Below are positions 40,740 to 54,205 of a DNA stretch of 64,000 nt, in pieces. The translations under genes were made by a program, and so were the position numbers. Source of the stretch: Eledone cirrhosa (lineage: Eukaryota); the NCBI GenBank assembly GCA_964016885.1, contig OZ024748.1, forward strand, positions 46,500,001-46,564,000, in the 5' to 3' direction. The notes below the pieces were generated by a model, which searched no databases, was not told the DNA's origin, and was given only the letters and a program-made list of their open reading frames with translations. Numbering within the stretch: position 1 is the stretch's first letter; every line of letters begins with the position of its first letter.

Positions 40740-41255
40740 ACTGGTCACTTTGTGGCTCAAATGAAAAATTAATAAATTAAACAATCAGAGCTGTATATCA
40801 TAAATCATGTCTATAGAATCACAAGATAAAATATATACTATTTCCTCTCCCAATTAGCATAATTAACTATATAAAAAATCGAATAGACCAGGCTATAAGA
40901 ATGAGGCTTCTATGAAGAAATCTCCGACAAATAACCGAACCTAGCGTTTCGCGTCGGCCGTAGCGGGATATTTATCGAATATTTCGACAGCGTAATCGCC
41001 CAGATACAGTCAACTAAACAGAATTAGGTGTAAAATAAAGTAGGAGAAAATAGAATACATTTACGCTGTCGAAATATTCGATAAATATCCTGCTATGGCC
41101 GACGCGAAGCGCTAGTTTCTGTCTTTTGTCGGAGATTTCTTCATAGAAGCCTCATTCTTATAGCCTGGTCTATTCGATTTTTTATATAGTTAATTATGCT
41201 AATTGGGAGAGGAAATAGTATATATTTTATCTTGTGATTCTATAGACATGTTTTA
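40740..41255. mobile_element. Fold-back element, arms about 40805-40996 and 41061-41250
   Basis: Reverse-complement arms with a few mismatches; TA-flanked. Confidence 0.8.
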
Positions 41256-41266
41256 TGATATATATA

Positions 41267-41460
<194 letters not shown>

Positions 41461-41579
41461 GTGTGTGTGTATATATATATATGAGGGTATATATATAAAC
41501 ATATGTATACATATATATATATGTGTATATATATATATATTTATATATATATATATTTATATATATATATATATGAGTG

Positions 41580-41643
<64 letters not shown>

Positions 41644-41723
41644 CATATATATATGTATATATATATATATAAATGTTTATATATATATATGTGTATATAT
41701 ATATATGTGTATATATATGTATA

Positions 41724-41754
<31 letters not shown>

Positions 41755-41864
41755 GTGTATATAGATATATATATATATAAATGTATATATATATATATAT
41801 ATATATATGCCGGTTGCAACGTTTTTTGAAATATCCAGTTCTGCGTTTACAGATTGACTCTGTT

Positions 41865-41915
41865 AGTTTCAGAAGATCCAGTTAAGGGTGAAAGCAGCGA
41901 TTCTTTGCTTAAACT
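41865..41915 (+). ncRNA. Hammerhead with CAGAAGA core (second copy)
   Basis: Near-identical to 16126-16176. Confidence 0.55.
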
Positions 41916-42022
41916 TTAATCTGTTTATTTTAATAAATATTTGCTCTACGGTTCTTATATATTTGATATATATTTTCCTTATCGAGCCCTGTTTGGATTT
42001 TAGTCTTCAATTTTATTATTAT

Positions 42023-42061
<39 letters not shown>

Positions 42062-43044
42062 AACCAGTAAGACCCCGACAGCTGAGCTCAAGCCGTTTCG
42101 ACGGCTAATTCTGGACTAAATGAACATTTATCCTGGTATTAAAATAGCCGATCTTCTCAAGGGGTAATTCCATATATGGTCAAAGTGATTGTCAAAAATC
42201 AGTAGTAATTCTGTGGTTGCAAATTAGTAGGGGAGATGGTGGCTAAACCTGCCAGTAGGAGAAAGAGGGGAGGGGGTGGAGTAGACCCAATCAAGCGTTG
42301 GTAGTGCCAGCTACAGCTGGGCATGAGGTCAAAGAAGATACAGGGGAGGGGGAGGGGGAGGAAGTCGGAACGGTAGGTAGAACAATGGGGGGTAAAAATA
42401 GGAAAGAAAAAATACTGAGAGTGAAGAAAAGCAAATAAGTGTAAAGAAAAAATTAAATTCTACGACCTAGGTGTCAGGCTATTGTTAGGCGAGAATAAAA
42501 TAAAGAAAGAAAGAAAGAAGTAAATAAATAAATAAATAAATAAATAAGGAAATAAGTAAAAGAACTAGGTGGGACGAATTAGGCAAGGACCCTTTTAAGA
42601 GGTATAAGTACGTAAATGATACGGTGACTGGTCAACAAAAGGGGCCAAAATACTAAAGAGACTACCACGAAATAAACAATAAAGGTTTCCATCCCGGGCC
42701 GGCAACGACCCAGTGCAGCAAAGTGAACTTGTACGACATAATAATTCTGAGTCCCGGGAAAATATAACTAATGCTAACTCTAAAAGATCTAAAACAAGCT
42801 ACATGAAAGTTCGTACGAAATAAAGGTAGAATACGGAGAAATAAGTTCAGAATCCACCCCGCCCAGAAGAAAAGCGAAGCAAGAAATACTGAAACGAAAA
42901 AATAAGGCATAAGTGCCACTAAGAAATATAGAGGGCACAGAGAATAGTGGGAGCGGTCGGAAAAGGGGGGCAAGTATCCGGGGTCTAAGCCAACTGCTAT
43001 AAAGGGCGGAGTCCGCCAAATCTATCAAAGACTAGGGGAGGGGG

Positions 43045-43176
43045 GAAGAAACTTTACAAATGCTGTTTTCGACGGACCAACTCCTAAACAAGAAAGATGA
43101 ACTGGTTACTGCATGTAAACATAGATTGCGTAGGACTTACCTCGCCCTCAAACCCCATAATGACCCGGGGGGGTAG
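43045..43176 (+). pseudogene. C-terminal tail of PLE endonuclease (Hydra-clade-like)
   Basis: Translates EETLQMLFSTDQLLNKKDELVTACKHRLRRTYLALKPHNDPGG*, resembling the recalled LLNKRxELxxxCRH motif. Confidence 0.6.
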
Positions 43177-44272
43177 ACTAGGGCTATAACACCCCAGTTG
43201 CCGATTTTGCAATGGGTAACCCCTGCTTGCCAAGGAAGACGTAAGATCTTCTTTGTATTCTTTTATCGCATCCTTTATTTCCTTCCCCCCTCTCTCCTTT
43301 GTCCTTCTACCCCAGCTCTTCTCCTTTGTCGGCGTCTTTTCTCGCCCACCCGAGGCTGCCCTTTGGCCCCATGTAGCCTTAGTACCCCCACTCCCCCCTC
43401 CCCTAGTCTTTGATAGATTTGGCGGACTCCGCCCTTTATAGCAGTTGGCTTAGACCCCGGATACTTGCCCCCCTTTTCCGACCGCTCCCACTATTCTCTG
43501 TGCCCTCTATATTTCTTAGTGGCACTTATGCCTTATTTTTTCGTTTCAGTATTTCTTGCTTCGCTTTTCTTCTGGGCGGGGTGGATTCTGAACTTATTTC
43601 TCCGTATTCTACCTTTATTTCGTACGAACTTTCATGTAGCTTGTTTTAGATCTTTTAGAGTTAGCATTAGTTATATTTTCCCGGGACTCAGAATTATTAT
43701 GTCGTACAAGTTCACTTTGCTGCACTGGGTCGTTGCCGGCCCGGGATGGAAACCTTTATTGTTTATTTCGTGGTAGTCTCTTTAGTATTTTGGCCCCTTT
43801 TGTTGACCAGTCACCGTATCATTTACGTACTTATACCTCTTAAAAGGGTCCTTGCCTAATTCGTCCCACCTAGTTCTTTTACTTATTTCCTTATTTATTT
43901 ATTTATTTATTTATTTACTTCTTTCTTTCTTTCTTTATTTTATTCTCGCCTAACAATAGCCTGACACCTAGGTCGTAGAATTTAATTTTTTCTTTACACT
44001 TATTTGCTTTTCTTCACTCTCAGTATTTTTTCTTTCCTATTTTTACCCCCCATTGTTCTACCTACCGTTCCGACTTCCTCCCCCTCCCCCTCCCCTGTAT
44101 CTTCTTTGACCTCATGCCCAGCTGTAGCTGGCACTACCAACGCTTGATTGGGTCTACTCCACCCCCTCCCCTCTTTCTCCTACTGGCAGGTTTAGCCACC
44201 ATCTCCCCTACTAATTTGCAACCACAGAATTACTACTGATTTTTGACAATCACTTTGACCATATATGGAATT

Positions 44273-44366
44273 ACCCCTTGAGAAGATCGGCTATTTTAAT
44301 ACCAGGATAAATGTTCATTTAGTCCAGAATTAGCCGTCGAAACGGCTTGAGCTCAGCTGTCGGGGT
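44273..44366 (+). ncRNA. U3-A8 variant hammerhead (mirror copy 42072-42165 on minus)
   Basis: ACCCC-UUGAGAA-GAuCGGCUA...UAGCCGUC-GAAA-CGGC..GCU-GUC^GGGGU. Confidence 0.8.
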
Positions 44367-44486
44367 CTTACTGGTTCCTATTACCCACTCTACTACCTCA
44401 AGTATTGAGTACTTTGGTGCGTTATGGTCCACCTGGTTCCTTACCACATTTCCTTCGTTATATATATATATATATATATATATTAT

Positions 44487-44662
44487 TGGCAGTGTCAGTA
44501 GAGGGTCGGACGCCATGCTTTGAGCATAGAATTGCGGCCCATGCTACATTCTGAGTTCCAATCCCGCCGAGTTTAACTTTGCCTCTCATCCTTACGGGGT
44601 CGATAAAATAAAGTACCAATAATGCACTGGGTAATTGCTGGCCTTGTGCCAAAAGTAGAAAC

Positions 44663-44666
<4 letters not shown>
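44487..44666 (+). mobile_element. SINE family A
   Basis: Head, core and tail match. Confidence 0.9.
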
Positions 44667-44711
<45 letters not shown>

Positions 44712-45011
44712 CACAAACAAAAGCGTCGTCATCATTATCAGCATCATCATTATTGTATTCTCAATATATAATCCGCACTACCAACACCACCATTATACTT
44801 ACCACCATCATGATCACCTCCCCCGCCACCGCCGCCATCACCACGAGCATCGCCAACACAAGCGATATTTTTACCACAATCATTTTCATAAATATCATGA
44901 CACACACCACCACCACCACCATCATTAACACTACAACCACCACCACCACCATAAACACTACAAACACCACCACCTCCACTACCACCACCACCATCATACA
45001 CCACCACCACC

Positions 45012-48000
45012 ACGTTATTATTATTGAATAGCGTTTACGTTATTATTATTGAATAGCGTTTACCTTATTATTATTGAATAGCGTTTACCTTATTATTATT
45101 GAATAGCGTTTACCTTATTATTATTGAATAGCGTTTACCATATTATTATTGAATAGCGTTTACCTTATTATTATTGAATAGCGTTTATGTTATTATTGAA
45201 TAGCGTTTACCTTATTATTATCGAATAGCGTTTACCTTATTATTATTGAATAGCGTTTACCTTATTAGAGGGTTGGACACCATGCTTTGAATCATAGAGT
45301 TACGGCCCTTGCCATTCTGAGTTCGAATCCCGCCAAGGTTAACTTTGCCTTTCATCCTTACGGGGTCGATAAAATAAAGTACCAGTAATGCACTGGGTAA
45401 TTGCTGGCCTTGTGCCAAAAGTAGAAACAATTATTGAATAGCGTTTATGTTATTATTGAATAGCGTTTACCTTATTATTATTGAATAGCGTTTACCTTAT
45501 TATTATTGAATAGCGTTTACCTTATTATTATTGAATAGCGTTTACCTTATTATTATTGAATAGCGTTTACCTTATTATTATTGAATAGCGTTTACCTTAT
45601 TATTATTGAATAGCGTTTACCTTATTATTATTGAATAGCGTTTACCTTATTATTATTGAATAGCGTTTACCTTATTATTATTGAATAGCGTTTACCATAT
45701 TATTATTGAATAGCGTTTACCTTATTATTATTGAATAGCGTTTATGTTATTATTGAATAGCGTTTACCTTATTATTATTGAATAGCGTTTACCTTATTAT
45801 TATTGAATAGCGTTTACCTTATTATTATTGAATAGCGTTTACCATATTATTATTGAATAGCGTTTACCTTATTATTATTGAATAGCGTTTATGTTATTAT
45901 TGAATAGCGTTTACCTTATTATTATTGAATAGCGTTTACCTTATTATTATTGACTAGCGTTTACCTTATTATTATTGAATAGCGTTTATGTTATTATTGA
46001 ATAGCGTTTACCTTATTATTATTGAATAGCGTTTACCTTATTATTATTGAATAGCGTTTACCTTATTATTATTGAATAGCGTTTACCTTATTATTATTGA
46101 ATAGCGTTTACCTTATTATTATTGAATAGCGTTTACCATATTATTATTGAATAGCGTTTACCTTATTATTATTGAATAGCGTTTATGTTATTATTGAATA
46201 GCGTTTACCTTATTATTATTGAATAGCGTTTACCTTATTATTATTGAATAGCGTTTACCTTATTATTATTGAATAGCGTTTACCATATTATTATTGAATA
46301 GCGTTTACCTTATTATTATTGAATAGCGTTTACCTTATTATTATTGAATAGCGTTTACCATATTATTATTGAATAGCGTTTACCTTATTATTATTGAATA
46401 GCGTTTACCTTATTATTATTGAATAGCGTTTACGTTATTATTATTGAATAGCGTTTACCTTATTATTATTGAATAGCGTTTATGTTATTATTGAATAGCG
46501 TTTACCTTATTATTATTGAATAGCGTTTAACTTATTATTATTGAATAGCGTTTACCTTATTATTATTGAATAGCGTTTACCTTATTATTATTGAATAGCG
46601 TTTACGTTATTATTATTGAATAGCATTTACCTTATTATTATTGAATAGCGTTTACCTTATTATTATTGAATAGCGTTTACCTTATTATTATTGAATAGCG
46701 TTTACCTTATTATTATTGAATAGCGTTTACGTTATTATTATTGAATAGCGTTTACCTTATTATTATTGAATAGCGTTTACCTTATTATTATTGAATAGCG
46801 TTTACCTTATTATTATTGAATAGCGTTTACCTTATTATTATTGAATAGCGTTTACCTTATTATTATTGAATAGCGTTTACCTTATTATTATTGAATAGCG
46901 TTTACCTTATTATTATTGAATAGCGTTTACGTTATTATTATTGAATAGCGGTTACCTTATTATTATTGAATAGCGTTTACCTTATTATTATTGAATAGCG
47001 TTTACCTTATTATTATTGAATAGCGTTTACCTTATTATTATTGAATAGCGTTTACCTTATTATTATTGAATAGCGTTTACCTTATTATTATTGAATAGCG
47101 TTTAACTTATTATTATTGAATAGCGTTTACCTTATTATTATTGAATAGCGTTTACGTTATTATTATTGAATAGCGTTTACCTTATTATTATTGAATAGCG
47201 TTTATGTTATTATTGAATAGCGTTTACCTTATTATTATTGAATAGCGTTTAACTTATTATTATTGAATAGCGTTTACCTTATTATTATTGAATAGCGTTT
47301 ACCTTATTATTATTGAATAGCGTTTATGTTATTATTATTGAATACCGTTTACCTTATTATTATTGAATAGCGTTTACCTTATTATTATTGAATAGCGTTT
47401 ATGTTATTATTATTGAATAGCGTTTACCTTATTATTATTGAATAGCGTTTATGTTATTATTATGGAATAGCGTTTACGTTATTATTATTGAACAGCGTTT
47501 ACCTTATTATTATTGAATAGCGTTTACCTTATTATTATTGAATAGCGTCTATGTTATTATTATTGAATAGCGTTTACCTTATTATTATTGAATAGCGTTT
47601 ATGTTATTATATTTGAATAGCGTTTACCTTATTATTATTGAATAACGTTTACCTTATTATTATTGAATAGCGTTTACGTTATTATTATTGAATGGCGTTT
47701 ACCTTATTATTATTGAATAGCGTTTACGTTATTATTATTGAATAGCGTTTACCTTATTATTATTGAATAGCGTTTACCTTATTATTATTGAATAGCGTTT
47801 ACGTTATTATTATTGAATAGCGTTTATGTTATTATTATTGAATAGCCTTTACGTTATTATTATTGAATAGCCTTTACGTTATTATTATTGAATAGCCTTT
47901 ACGTTATTATTATTGAATAGCGTTTATGTTATTATTATTGAATAGCCTTTACGTTATTATTATTGAATAGCGTTTACGTTATTATTATTGAATAGCGTTT

Positions 48001-48482
48001 ATGTTATTATTATTGAATAGCGTTTACCTTATTGTTATTGAATAGCGTTTACCTTATTATTATTGAATAGCGTTTACGTTATTATTATTGAATAGCGTTT
48101 ACCTTATTATTATTGAATAACGTTTACGTTATTATTATTTAATAGCGTTTACCTTATTATTATTGAATAGCGTTTATGTTAATATTATTGAATAGCGTTT
48201 ACCTTATTATTATTGAATAGCGTTTACGTTATTATTATTGAATAGCGTTTACCTTATTATTATTGAATAGCGTTTATGTTATTATTATTGAATAGCGTTT
48301 ACCTTATTATTATTGAATAGCGTTTATGTTATTATTATTGAATAGCGTTTACCTTATTATTATTGAATAGCGTTTACCTTATTATTATTGAATAGCGTTT
48401 ACCTTATTATTATTGAATAGCGTTTACCTTATTATTATTGAATAGCCTTTACTTTATTATTATTGTATAGCGTTTACGTTAT
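45012..48482. repeat. 25-bp minisatellite (CCTTATTATTATTGAATAGCGTTTA)n, roughly 130 units
   Basis: Direct reading; 22-bp variants occur. Confidence 0.97.
45267..45433 (+). mobile_element. SINE family A inserted in the minisatellite
   Basis: 5'-truncated head; tail merges into ATTATTGAATAGCG. Confidence 0.9.
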
Positions 48483-48486
48483 TATA

Positions 48487-48675
48487 GAGGCCGGTGGATT
48501 GGCAGAATTGGTAGAGGGATGGACATGCTTTCCAGCATAGTTACGTCCCTTTACGATTTGAGTTCAAATTCCGCCAAGGTTAACTTTGCCCTTCATCCTT
48601 ACGAGGGCGATAAAATAAAGTACCAGTAATGTACTGGATAATTGCTGGCCTTGTGCCTAAAGTAGAAACAATTAT
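48487..48675 (+). mobile_element. SINE family A at the minisatellite end
   Basis: Full head; followed by ATTATTGAATAGCGT. Confidence 0.9.
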
Positions 48676-48751
48676 TGAATAGCGTGTGGTGTTTGTGAAT
48701 GTATCATCAATGTTAAAAATGTTCTCTATTTTTCTTTAGTGATATATAGTT

Positions 48752-48786
<35 letters not shown>

Positions 48787-48991
48787 CATATATGTGTGTG
48801 TAACTATATATATATATATATATATATTAGAAATTGGAATAAATGCTCTGAAATAGCGATATATATGTGAATATAGACATAGAATATTCGAAAATATTCT
48901 GTATGTTTATAATAAACATTTTGAAGACCTAATCGCTATAGAATAGAATACGTCACGTATTACAATTAGATTCTCGATAAAAGCAAGGGAA

Positions 48992-49034
48992 GTAATCTAC
49001 GCGTTTCATTCTCGTTAGAAATCATCAGGACTAC
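48992..49034 (-). ncRNA. Type I hammerhead, first of 7 minus-strand copies at 310-bp spacing
   Basis: GUAGUC-CUGAUGA-U-UUCU(aacg)AGAA-U-GAAA-CGCG-UA^GAUUAC. Confidence 0.85.
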
Positions 49035-51211
49035 ATATCCAGTGCTTTTATCGAGAATGACACAGCTAGAGACTTATAGAATACTTAGCTGTGTACAGGA
49101 ACTGGTTTGAAAGAGCGGTTGCCGGTCCGGCAGAAATTAGAAATTGGAATAAATGCTCTGAAATAGCGATATATATGTGAATATAGACATAGAATATTCG
49201 AAAATATTCTGTATGTTTATAATAAACATTTTGAAGACCTAACCGCTATAGAATAGAATACGTCACGTATTACAATTAGATTCTCGATAAAAGCAAGGGA
49301 AGTAATCTACGCGTTTCATTCTCGTTAGAAATCATCAGGACTACATATCCAGTGCTTTTATCGAGAATGACACAGCTAGAGACTTATAGAATACTTAGCT
49401 GTGTACAGGAACTGGTTTGAAAGAGCGGTTGCCGGTCCGGCAGAAATTAGAAATTGGAATAAATGCTCTGAAATAGCGATATATATGTGAATATAGACAT
49501 AGAATATTCGAAAATATTCTGTATGTTTATAATAAACATTTTGAAGACCTAATCGCTATAGAATAGAATACGTCACGTATTACAATTAGATTCTCGATAA
49601 AAGCAAGGGAAGTAATCTACGCGTTTCATTCTCGTTAGAAATCATCAGGACTACATATCCAGTGCTTTTATCGAGAATGACACAGCTAGAGACTTATAGA
49701 ATACTTAGCTGTGTACAGGAACTGGTTTGAAAGAGCGGTTGCCGGTCCGGCAGAAATTAGAAATTGGAATAAATGCTCTGAAATAGCGATATATATGTGA
49801 ATATAGACATAGAATATTCGAAAATATTCTGTATGTTTATAATAAACATTTTGAAGACCTAATCGCTATAGAATAGAATACGTCACGTATTACAATTAGA
49901 TTCTCGATAAAAGCAAGGGAAGTAATCTACGCGTTTCATTCTCGTTAGAAATCATCAGGACTACATATCCAGTGCTTTTATCGAGAATGACACAGCTAGA
50001 GACTTATAGAATACTTAGCTGTGTACAGGAACTGGTTTGAAAGAGCGGTTGCCGGTCCGGCAGAAATTAGAAATTGGAATAAATGCTCTGAAATAGCGAT
50101 ATATATGTGAATATAGACATAGAATATTCGAAAATATTCTGTATGCTTATAATAAACATTTTGAAGACCTAATCGCTATAGAATAGAATACGTCACGTAT
50201 TACAATTAGATTCTCGATAAAAGCAAGGGAAGTAATCTACGCGTTTCATTCTCGTTAGAAATCATCAGGACTACATATCCAGTGCTTTTATCGAGAATGA
50301 CACAGCTAGAGACTTATAGAATACTTAGCTGTGTACAGGAACTGGTTTGAAAGAGCGGTTGCCGGTCCGGCAGAAATTAGAAATTGGAATAAATGCTCTG
50401 AAATAGCGATATATATGTGAATATAGACATAGAATATTCGAAAATATTCTGTATGTTTATAATAAACATTTTGAAGACCTAATCGCTATAGAATAGAATA
50501 CGTCACGTATTACAATTAGATTCTCGATAAAAGCAAGGGAAGTAATCTACGCGTTTCATTCTCGTTAGAAATCATCAGGACTACATATCCAGTGCTTTTA
50601 TCGAGAATGACACAGCTAGAGACTTATAGAATACTTAGCTGTGTACAGGAACTGGTTTGAAAGAGCGGTTGCCGGTCCGGCAGAAATTAGAAATTGGAAT
50701 AAATGCTCTGAAATAGCGATATATATGTGAATATAGACATAGAATATTCGAAAATATTCTGTATGTTTATAATAAACATTTTGAAGACCTAATCGCTATA
50801 GAATAGAATACGTCACGTATTACAATTAGATTCTCGATAAAAGCAAGGGAAGTAATCTACGCGTTTCATTCTCGTTAGAAATCATCAGGACTACATATCC
50901 AGTGCTTTTATCGAGAATGACACAGCTAGAGACTTATAGAATACTTAGCTGTGTACAGGAACTGGTTTGAAAGAGCGGTTGCCGGTCCGGCAGAAATTAG
51001 AAATTGGAATAAATGCTCTGAAATAGCGATATATATGTGAATATAGACATAGAATATTCGAAAATATTCTGTATGTTTATAATAAACATTTTGAAGACCT
51101 AATCGCTATAGAATAGAATACGTCACGTATTACAATTAGATTCTCGATAAAAGCAAGGGAAGTATTCTATAAGTCTCTAGCTGTGTCATTCTCGATAAAA
51201 GCACTGGATAT

Positions 51212-51254
51212 GTAGTCCTGATGATTTCTAACGAGAATGAAACGCGTAGATTAC
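51212..51254 (+). ncRNA. Type I hammerhead, first of 3 plus-strand copies (also 51522-51564, 51832-51874)
   Basis: Same motif as 48992-49034. Confidence 0.85.
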
Positions 51255-51994
51255 TTCCCTTGCTTTTATCGAGAATCTAATTGTAATACGTGACGTATTC
51301 TATTCTATAGCGATTAGGTCTTCAAAATGTTTATTATAAACATACAGAATATTTTCGAATATTCTATGTCTATATTCACATATATATCGCTATTTCAGAG
51401 CATTTATTCCAATTTCTAATTTCTGCCGGACCGGCAACCGCTCTTTCAAACCAGTTCCTGTACACAGCTAAGTATTCTATAAGTCTCTAGCTGTGTCATT
51501 CTCGATAAAAGCACTGGATATGTAGTCCTGATGATTTCTAACGAGAATGAAACGCGTAGATTACTTCCCTTGCTTTTATCGAGAATCTAATTGTAATACG
51601 TGACGTATTCTATTCTATAGCGATTAGGTCTTCAAAATGTTTATTATAAACATACAGAATATTTTCGAATATTCTATGTCTATATTCACATATATATCGC
51701 TATTTCAGAGCATTTATTCCAATTTCTAATTTCTGCCGGACCGGCAACCGCTCTTTCAAACCAGTTCCTGTACACAGCTAAGTATTCTATAAGTCTCTAG
51801 CTGTGTCATTCTCGATAAAAGCACTGGATATGTAGTCCTGATGATTTCTAACGAGAATGAAACGCGTAGATTACTTCCCTTGCTTTTATCGAGAATCTAA
51901 TTGTAATACGTGACGTATTCTATTCTATAGCGATTAGGTCTTCAAAATGTTTATTATAAACATACAGAATATTTTCGAATATTCTATGTCTATA

Positions 51995-52086
<92 letters not shown>

Positions 52087-52193
52087 TGTAATATTGTAAT
52101 ATGTGTGTGAAACATTGTAATCACGAAGGAAAGAGTTCTCAATAGGAGTACCTAGGATATACGCCAGTTTGGCATGCATTTCAGATAAAACAG

Positions 52194-52267
<74 letters not shown>

Positions 52268-52410
52268 TATATGTATATCTATATATATATGTGTGTGTGT
52301 GTGTGCGTGTGTGTGTATAAGTGTGTGTGAGTTTCATGGAAACGATAAAAGAGAAGTACAAGAAGTATTATTAGTTTCACGCTTTATATGAAAGCGTGGA
52401 AAGAAAGTTT

Positions 52411-52445
52411 GACGATGTATCGGGCTTTAGCCCTTCTTCAAGATA
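52411..52445 (-). ncRNA. Decayed minimal hammerhead
   Basis: UUGAAGA-A-GGGC(uaaa)GCCC-GAUA; related to 56608-56640 but with core substitutions. Confidence 0.4.
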
Positions 52446-52791
52446 ACAAATATGGAGACAGGATCACAAAGGATAGATACAGCACATAAAAAGCGAAGAA
52501 GAAGAATAAGACAAAGGAAAAGAAGAAGAAAGCGAAGAAGAAGAAGGAGAAGGCGAAGAAGAAGGCGAAAAAGAAGACGAATAAAAAAGCGAAGACGAAG
52601 AAGATGAAGTAGAAGATGTAAATGCTACACCATCATATACACAGACAGATTAATTCATTTAATAAGAATGGTTTTATATCTTCACTGTTGGATTTAGTTG
52701 AATATTTCATGAAGGGTAGATAACTGTTTACCTGTGAATCAGAGAATGATTATATTCATTGTCATTCTCTGTAAAACATGTAGATATATAT

Positions 52792-52828
<37 letters not shown>

Positions 52829-52929
52829 AATATACATTATATACGTATTTAGATATGTATTTAAATATATAATATATATGTATTATATACGTATATATAT
52901 GTATATATATATATATATGTATTATATAC

Positions 52930-52965
<36 letters not shown>

Positions 52966-52974
52966 TGAACTAAA

Positions 52975-53110
52975 ACCTGTTGAGAAAGTGGCTTCCTTGC
53001 TCAATCATCTAACCAGAAGCCTGACATTATTTATGTAAGCGGATGGTACTTGATTTAGGAGCCGCAGAAACCCAAATACTGGATTTTACCAACCTTCCAG
53101 GGGTCCGGGT
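52975..53110 (+). ncRNA. U3-A8 hammerhead in a diverged relative (52962-53310) of the 615-bp unit
   Basis: ACCUG-UUGAGAA-A-GUGGCUuCC...GGAGCCGC-A-GAAA-CCC..CUGGA/UCCAG-GG-GUC^CGGGU. Confidence 0.75.
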
Positions 53111-53334
53111 AAATTTTTCAATACCCGAATTACTTGATCGTTTTTTTTGGCTATGCGAATGATTGTTTAACTATCGTCTCATTGTGTTTGGCCTTTAACG
53201 TTTGTTATAGCTCTGGTTCATCTGAATCATTGAGCACTTGCCTCACATCTCGGAGGTTGTTTTTCGTTATTTCGTGGGCCGAAATGCGAATCTCGATAAT
53301 TTATGTTTTTATATATATATATATATACATATGA

Positions 53335-54205
53335 AAAAGAAAATTTCGCCCTACATGGCTGAATACAATAAATGTAATCTGAGTTTTTCGAATGTTAATA
53401 ATAACATTCGATTCATTTGCAATTTTGCAAACAAGCCTCAATTTTATAGCCATGTCAGGAGAATGAACACTTCAGGAGAGTGAACGATGAGCTGTACTGA
53501 TGAAGGGTGATACCCAGAAACATTAGTGTCTGCAGTTCTGTTCGCATACCAACACAAGAGCAAGAATGAAGTGTTCATTCTCCTGACATGGCTATAAAAT
53601 TGAGAATTGTTTGCAAAATTGCAAACGAATCGAATGTTATTATTAATATTCGCTTTCCAGCAGAGTTACGTCTCTTTACGGTTTGAGTTCAAATCCCGCC
53701 GAGGTTAACTTTGCCTTTCATCCTTACGGGGTCAATAAAATAAAGTACCAGTAATGTACTGGGTAATTGCTGGCCTTGTGCCAAAAGAAGAAACAATTAT
53801 TAATATTCGAAAAACTCCGATTACTTTTATTATATTCAGCCATGTAGAGCTAAATTTTTTTTTTATTTCAATTTGGCAAAGCCGGCCATTTATCGCTCGT
53901 ATACAGGAAACTGACTGATCAGCCAGTGTGGTAATATGCAAATCAGGCCGATCAGTCACTGTGTAATTTTGAAAATAGCATATATTTTCACTAGCTCTGA
54001 CAGCTTGGTAGGTGAACAGTGAGCTGTACTGATGAAGGGTGATACCCAGAAACACTAGTGTCTGCAGTTCTGTTCGCACGCCAACATAAGAGCAAGAATG
54101 AAGTGTTCATTCTGCTGACATGGCTATAAACTTGAGACTTGTTTGCAAAATTGTAAACGAATCGAATGTTATTATTAATATTCGAAAAACTCCGACTACA
54201 TTTAT
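53335..54205 (+). mobile_element. 375-bp-period dimer with inverted 5' piece, two hammerheads (53489-53538, 54021-54070) and a SINE insertion
   Basis: GAGCUGUA-CUGAUGA-A-GGGU/ACCC-A-GAAA-CACUAGUG-UC^UGCAGUUC; SINE 53653-53795 flanked by ATTATTAATATTCG TSD. Confidence 0.88.

Larger units (their letters stand above)
42057..44460 (+). mobile_element. 5'-truncated, 5'-inverted PLE with 990-bp inverted arms
   Basis: 42057-43046 is the reverse complement of 43392-44381; the spacer encodes a PLE EN C-terminus; TA-flanked. Confidence 0.88.
48826..51998. mobile_element. 310-bp retrozyme-like tandem array: 7.5 units plus 2.7 inverted units
   Basis: Units start at 48826+310n; orientation flips at AAGTA 51160-51164; almost identical copies; one HHR per unit; TA-flanked. 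Confidence 0.93.

Noticed and set aside
42662-43776. Identical 103-aa and 79-aa ORFs on opposite strands
   Set aside because: Consequence of the inverted duplication of non-coding PLE 3' sequence; no recognisable domain.
45012-48482. CRISPR-like appearance of short repeat arrays (also 26575-27030 and 31771-32050)
   Set aside because: No unique spacers and no cas genes; eukaryotic context.
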